64,000 bases of DNA from Acidobacteriota bacterium (GTDB lineage: Bacteria > Acidobacteriota > UBA890 > WLXD01). A model generated the notes under the pieces. It saw only the letters and a list, made by a program, of their open reading frames with translations. It did not search any database and was not told the origin of the DNA. The stretch covers positions 160,001-224,000 of the forward strand of contig CAXWPH010000007.1 in the NCBI GenBank assembly GCA_963666055.2, written 5' to 3'. The stretch's first letter is position 1; each line of letters starts with the position of its first letter. Below are positions 60,591 through 64,000 of this stretch, one piece after another. The position numbers were made by a program, and so were the translations under genes.

Positions 60591-63205
60591 ACCCTGATGT
60601 TGCCGAGCGTAAAGGCCTTCTCGGCCCGCAGGTCGACCCGGTTCTGCCAGGGGAGCCTACGTGAGCCATGCGATTCGACCTCTCGATCGATACGGTTGTC
60701 GCTTTCGAAGTCGCCACGGAAGCGTACCGTCTTGGTGTACGCACGTCCGGAGAGGCCGTTGTAAAAAGCGCCAAAGAGGATCTCGTAGGGCAGGACCACC
60801 GAGCCGGATAGCTTGATCTGATGCGGGACATCGTGGGACATGGGGCCGTAGCCGCCGAAGCGCACGTTCGGGTCGCTCCACAGCGAGGAGAACCCCAGCG
60901 ATGAGCCGCGACCCTCGCCCTCCGAAAAATCGGTGTCGTCCGTTCCCCTCGCCTGGCTATACACGTACGAGCCCAACACCTGCCAGCGGTTGGAGAATCT
61001 CTTCTCCATGGCGACCTCGATCGCCCAGTACTTCCGACTCTGCACGAAGGGATCGCCTTCGGTGGGGGGCAGGAGGTCGGGGAGCGCCGTGGGGTTCGCC
61101 TGGATGAATACGCCGTCGTCGGCGTTCAGGATGTCATAGACGGTGAAGGGGTTGCCCGCCGCGTCGAAGACCTCCACCGCCGCCCACTGGCCATTCAGGC
61201 GTATCTGGTCCATGAAGCTGTTGGTCTGTCTGATGATGCCCGTGACCTCGACAGAGAAGTCCCGGGTGAGCTGTCGTTCGATACCCACGCTGAACTCGGT
61301 GAAGTTCGGCATCTTCACATTGGGGTCGATCGGTGTGCCCCCCTCCGAACGTTCCTCGAAATCGACCACCCAGTCGTTTTCGTCCGGGTCCCAGAAGGAG
61401 AAGCGGAACTGAATCCCGGGGAAGGCACTGAAGGCACCGTACATTCCGGCGATGAGCTGCTCGTAGTACTTGCCGTAGTGAGCCTTCAACGCGGTCGTGC
61501 CGTCTCCCAGCAGGTCGTAGACCACCCCGAACCGAGGCGAGATGCCAAACGCCGGAGCGTAGTCGCTTCCGGTGGCAGCGAAACCCGGCTCACCGCAGCA
61601 AGCGCCGACAAACCCCTTGTTCTCGCCGAACCAATGACTGAACCGGATCCCTGGATTGAGCGTTAGCCGACCGTTGCTCAGGGTCCATGAGTCCTGAGCG
61701 AAGAAGGCCACGGTGGTGCCCTTGGGATCGATGGCGGTGCTCTGGAAGTCATACCGGTAGAACGGCTCGCCTTCGTAATCGACGTAGTAAGCCGGCGGGG
61801 AGCCGGTAAGACCTTGGGTTGTGAACGGGTAGGCCACGTCTGCGGAGATTCCAACCTTGAAATCGTGCGAGCCGCCCAGGAAATCATCGGCAAAGTGGGT
61901 CAAAGCAACGTTGCCCTGGTAACGGTTCCTGGTCTTGTCGAAGAACCAACCCGGGCTGCCGGTAAGGCGTTCCGTGGCGATATCGAAGTGGGCAGCGGGG
62001 AGGCTCCCGCTGTTCGGAAAGTCGCCCCCCTGGCTATCCCTCACGCCGAGCTTGGCATCGAGGTAGGTGTTCGGCGAAAAAACGTGCAGATAATCGAGAT
62101 TGAAGGTGAGTCTCTTCTCGAACGGCGCGTAGGTTGCTTCGGGTGCGACGAACCGATCCGAGGGATCCTGGTTGTCGTCTTTCTGCCAGACGAGGCTGCT
62201 CTGGAACTTGTCGCTCGGGCTCAGCTGCCAAGTGAGCTTCCCGAAGGCCTCGTTGTCCTTGGAAAAGCCCGCCAGGTCGCCGGCGAGCTCCGCCTGCTCG
62301 TTGAAGACGCGTCGCCGGAAGGAACCGTAGCCCCATAGCTTGTCGCGGGCGAGCGGTCCGCCGATATCAACGTGCCAGTCGCGGTTGTTGTTGACCTCGC
62401 GTCGGAACTCCGGATTATCGGAGTTCTGCGAATTGAAGCCATCGCCGCGGTAGAAGAAGTTCGCCGCACCGTGAACGTTGTTCGACCCCGACTTGGTAAT
62501 CGCGCTTACCACGATCCCACTGTACCCACCGATCTGTGCCTCACCGCCGACACCGGAAAAGCTCACCTCGGCGATGTTGTCGAAGTCGACGCTGATGTCG
62601 CCCTCTCCTCCTTCAGGATCGTTCTGGTTGGTCCCGTCTACGTTCCACTGCGTGCCGTTTTGGGTGCCTCCCATCACGGCGCGACCGACGGCGCCGGGGA
62701 CGAGGTTGATCAAGTTCTCCAGCCCCCGACCAGGCAACGCCTGGAAGAACTCCGAGTCCAGGTGGGTCTCGGCGGACGCCGAGGATCGGATATCGACCTG
62801 CGGCGCGGCGCCGCGGACCGTGACCGTGTCGGTGACGCCGAGAGTCAGCGAAAAGCCGACGTTCGATGCCAAGCCCGGGCGCACACGAATATCAGTCTGT
62901 TGCTCGGAGCTGAAGCCGTCCATCGAGACGGCGACCGAGTAGAGGCCAGGCGCTAACGCCGGAAACCTGAACTCCCCATTGGCGCCGGATATGACGGTCT
63001 GGTCGCCACCGATCTGGCTCGGGGAGCTGAGCATGACGGTGGCGCCCGGCAGCGCCAGGCCGTCGGGGTCGGTGACCCGGCCGGTAACCAGGCCGGTTCT
63101 GGCGACCTGTGCATGAGCCGTCAGTGGAAGCAGCACTACCAAGCAGACCGCACCGATTACGGCACTGCTGGTGCGAAGCGCAGCCCTACCAGCTCTTGTG
63201 GTCAT
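60591..63205 (-). CDS. TonB-dependent receptor (carboxypeptidase-regulatory-like N-domain), apparently lacking its final strands
   Basis: GRVTDPDG.ALPGATV, TKSGSN..HG, FAQDSW, SPRFG, RVDLRAEK. Confidence 0.85.
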
Positions 63206-63391
63206 CCTCGTGCCGACCGCGTGTCGGGGCTCCGGTGATCGTAACGGTCGTTCCCGACAGCCTCTCTTCGGATCTGGGTGCAGTCTTCTATGTTCGACAC
63301 CGATTCGCAACGGGTGCGGTGGCCGCTCTGACCTTCTCCTGGCGTGCCGGCTGGCGCATGATGATTGCTTGCACTCCACGGAGGAATTGGC

Positions 63392-64000
63392 GTGACGCCC
63401 TGGACACATGCCAGGACCCTGAGAGAAGTGCTCGTTGCGGGGCTGCTGTCGGCGACCACGGCGTTCGCGATGGCGCCGCAGACAGCGCAGCAAGTCGGAC
63501 CCGACCCGCAGCTGCGCGTAGCGCGCAGCGCCGTGCTCTCGGGACGGGTCGAGGAGGCCCTCACCCTGCTTGCGGCGCTGACCGCCGAGCAACCCGAATC
63601 GACCCAGATAGCACTGTGGCACGGCCACGCGTTCCGCCGAGCCGGGGAACTCGGTGCTGCCGCACACGAGTACCTCCGTGCGCTGCGCCTGCAGCCGACC
63701 AACGCCGGCGCGCTCGTCGCACTGGGCGATATGCAATCGGACGCCGGCAACCTGGAGGAGGCGCTGGCTTACTACGAGAGAGCGAGCGCGGCGGCACCCG
63801 CGCTAGCGGCCGGGTACCGCAAGGCGGCGGGAGCCGCAGTGCAACTCGCGTTTCACGGCGATGCGATTCGGCACCTGCGCGGCTACGTCCAGCTGCGGCC
63901 GACCGACGTGGTGGCAATGACCCAGCTCGGCGTCGAGCAATACCTGGACGGCAACATCGACGGGGCGGTGACCACTCTCGAGCGCATCCTCGAGCTCGAT
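63392..64000 (+). CDS. Exported TPR protein, 3'-partial
   Basis: GGAGG RBS and GTG 63392; open to the window end; ALRLQPTNAGALVALG..EALAYYERA. Confidence 0.75.
   Translation, partial: MTPWTHARTLREVLVAGLLSATTAFAMAPQTAQQVGPDPQLRVARSAVLSGRVEEALTLLAALTAEQPESTQIALWHGHAFRRAGELGAAAHEYLRALRLQPTNAGALVALGDMQSDAGNLEEALAYYERASAAAPALAAGYRKAAGAAVQLAFHGDAIRHLRGYVQLRPTDVVAMTQLGVEQYLDGNIDGAVTTLERILELD

Noticed and set aside
63206-63736. 5' extensions of track ORFs (also 20198-20803, 27277-27777, 30933-31427, 34266-34502, 50568-50810)
   Set aside because: They overlap other genes or lack an RBS; downstream starts fit signal peptides and operon coupling better.
1-64000. CRISPR array, tRNA/rRNA, integrase or reverse transcriptase
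   Set aside because: No regularly spaced repeats or recognisable motifs seen by eye. A small RNA could have been missed.

Overview
High-GC bacterial window. The gene repertoire (carboxypeptidase-regulatory/TonB receptor, GWxTD-like, PQQ propellers, M28/M24 peptidases, PD40 amidohydrolase, Ser/Thr-kinase debris) suggests Acidobacteriota, which is inference only. Most genes encode exported peptidases, hydrolases and periplasmic redox enzymes; the rest include korAB, two Na+/solute symporters, three intact toxin-antitoxin pairs and an hsdM pseudogene. I saw no rRNA, tRNA or CRISPR array. The main observations are: (1) five paralogues of an anthrax-LF/PPEP-like zincin domain in which HExxH is replaced by EExxH or EHxxH; (2) a tandemly duplicated two-gene unit, a haem-c-fused PHM/DBM-like copper monooxygenase plus an unknown lipoprotein, set between periplasmic dehydrogenases; (3) scrambled coding DNA, namely a 61-nt piece missing from a FISUMP gene that sits inverted inside a transporter gene 2 kb away, and a ~32-nt in-place inversion in an amidohydrolase; (4) two cargo blocks each flanked by a duplicate of a host gene's 3' end; (5) a shared palindromic operator and a CTAG-anchored MITE/REP-like repeat. 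Frameshifts and fusions are frequent, so assembly or amplification artefact remains a real alternative for the rearrangements. All calls come from motif recognition by eye; no searches were run.
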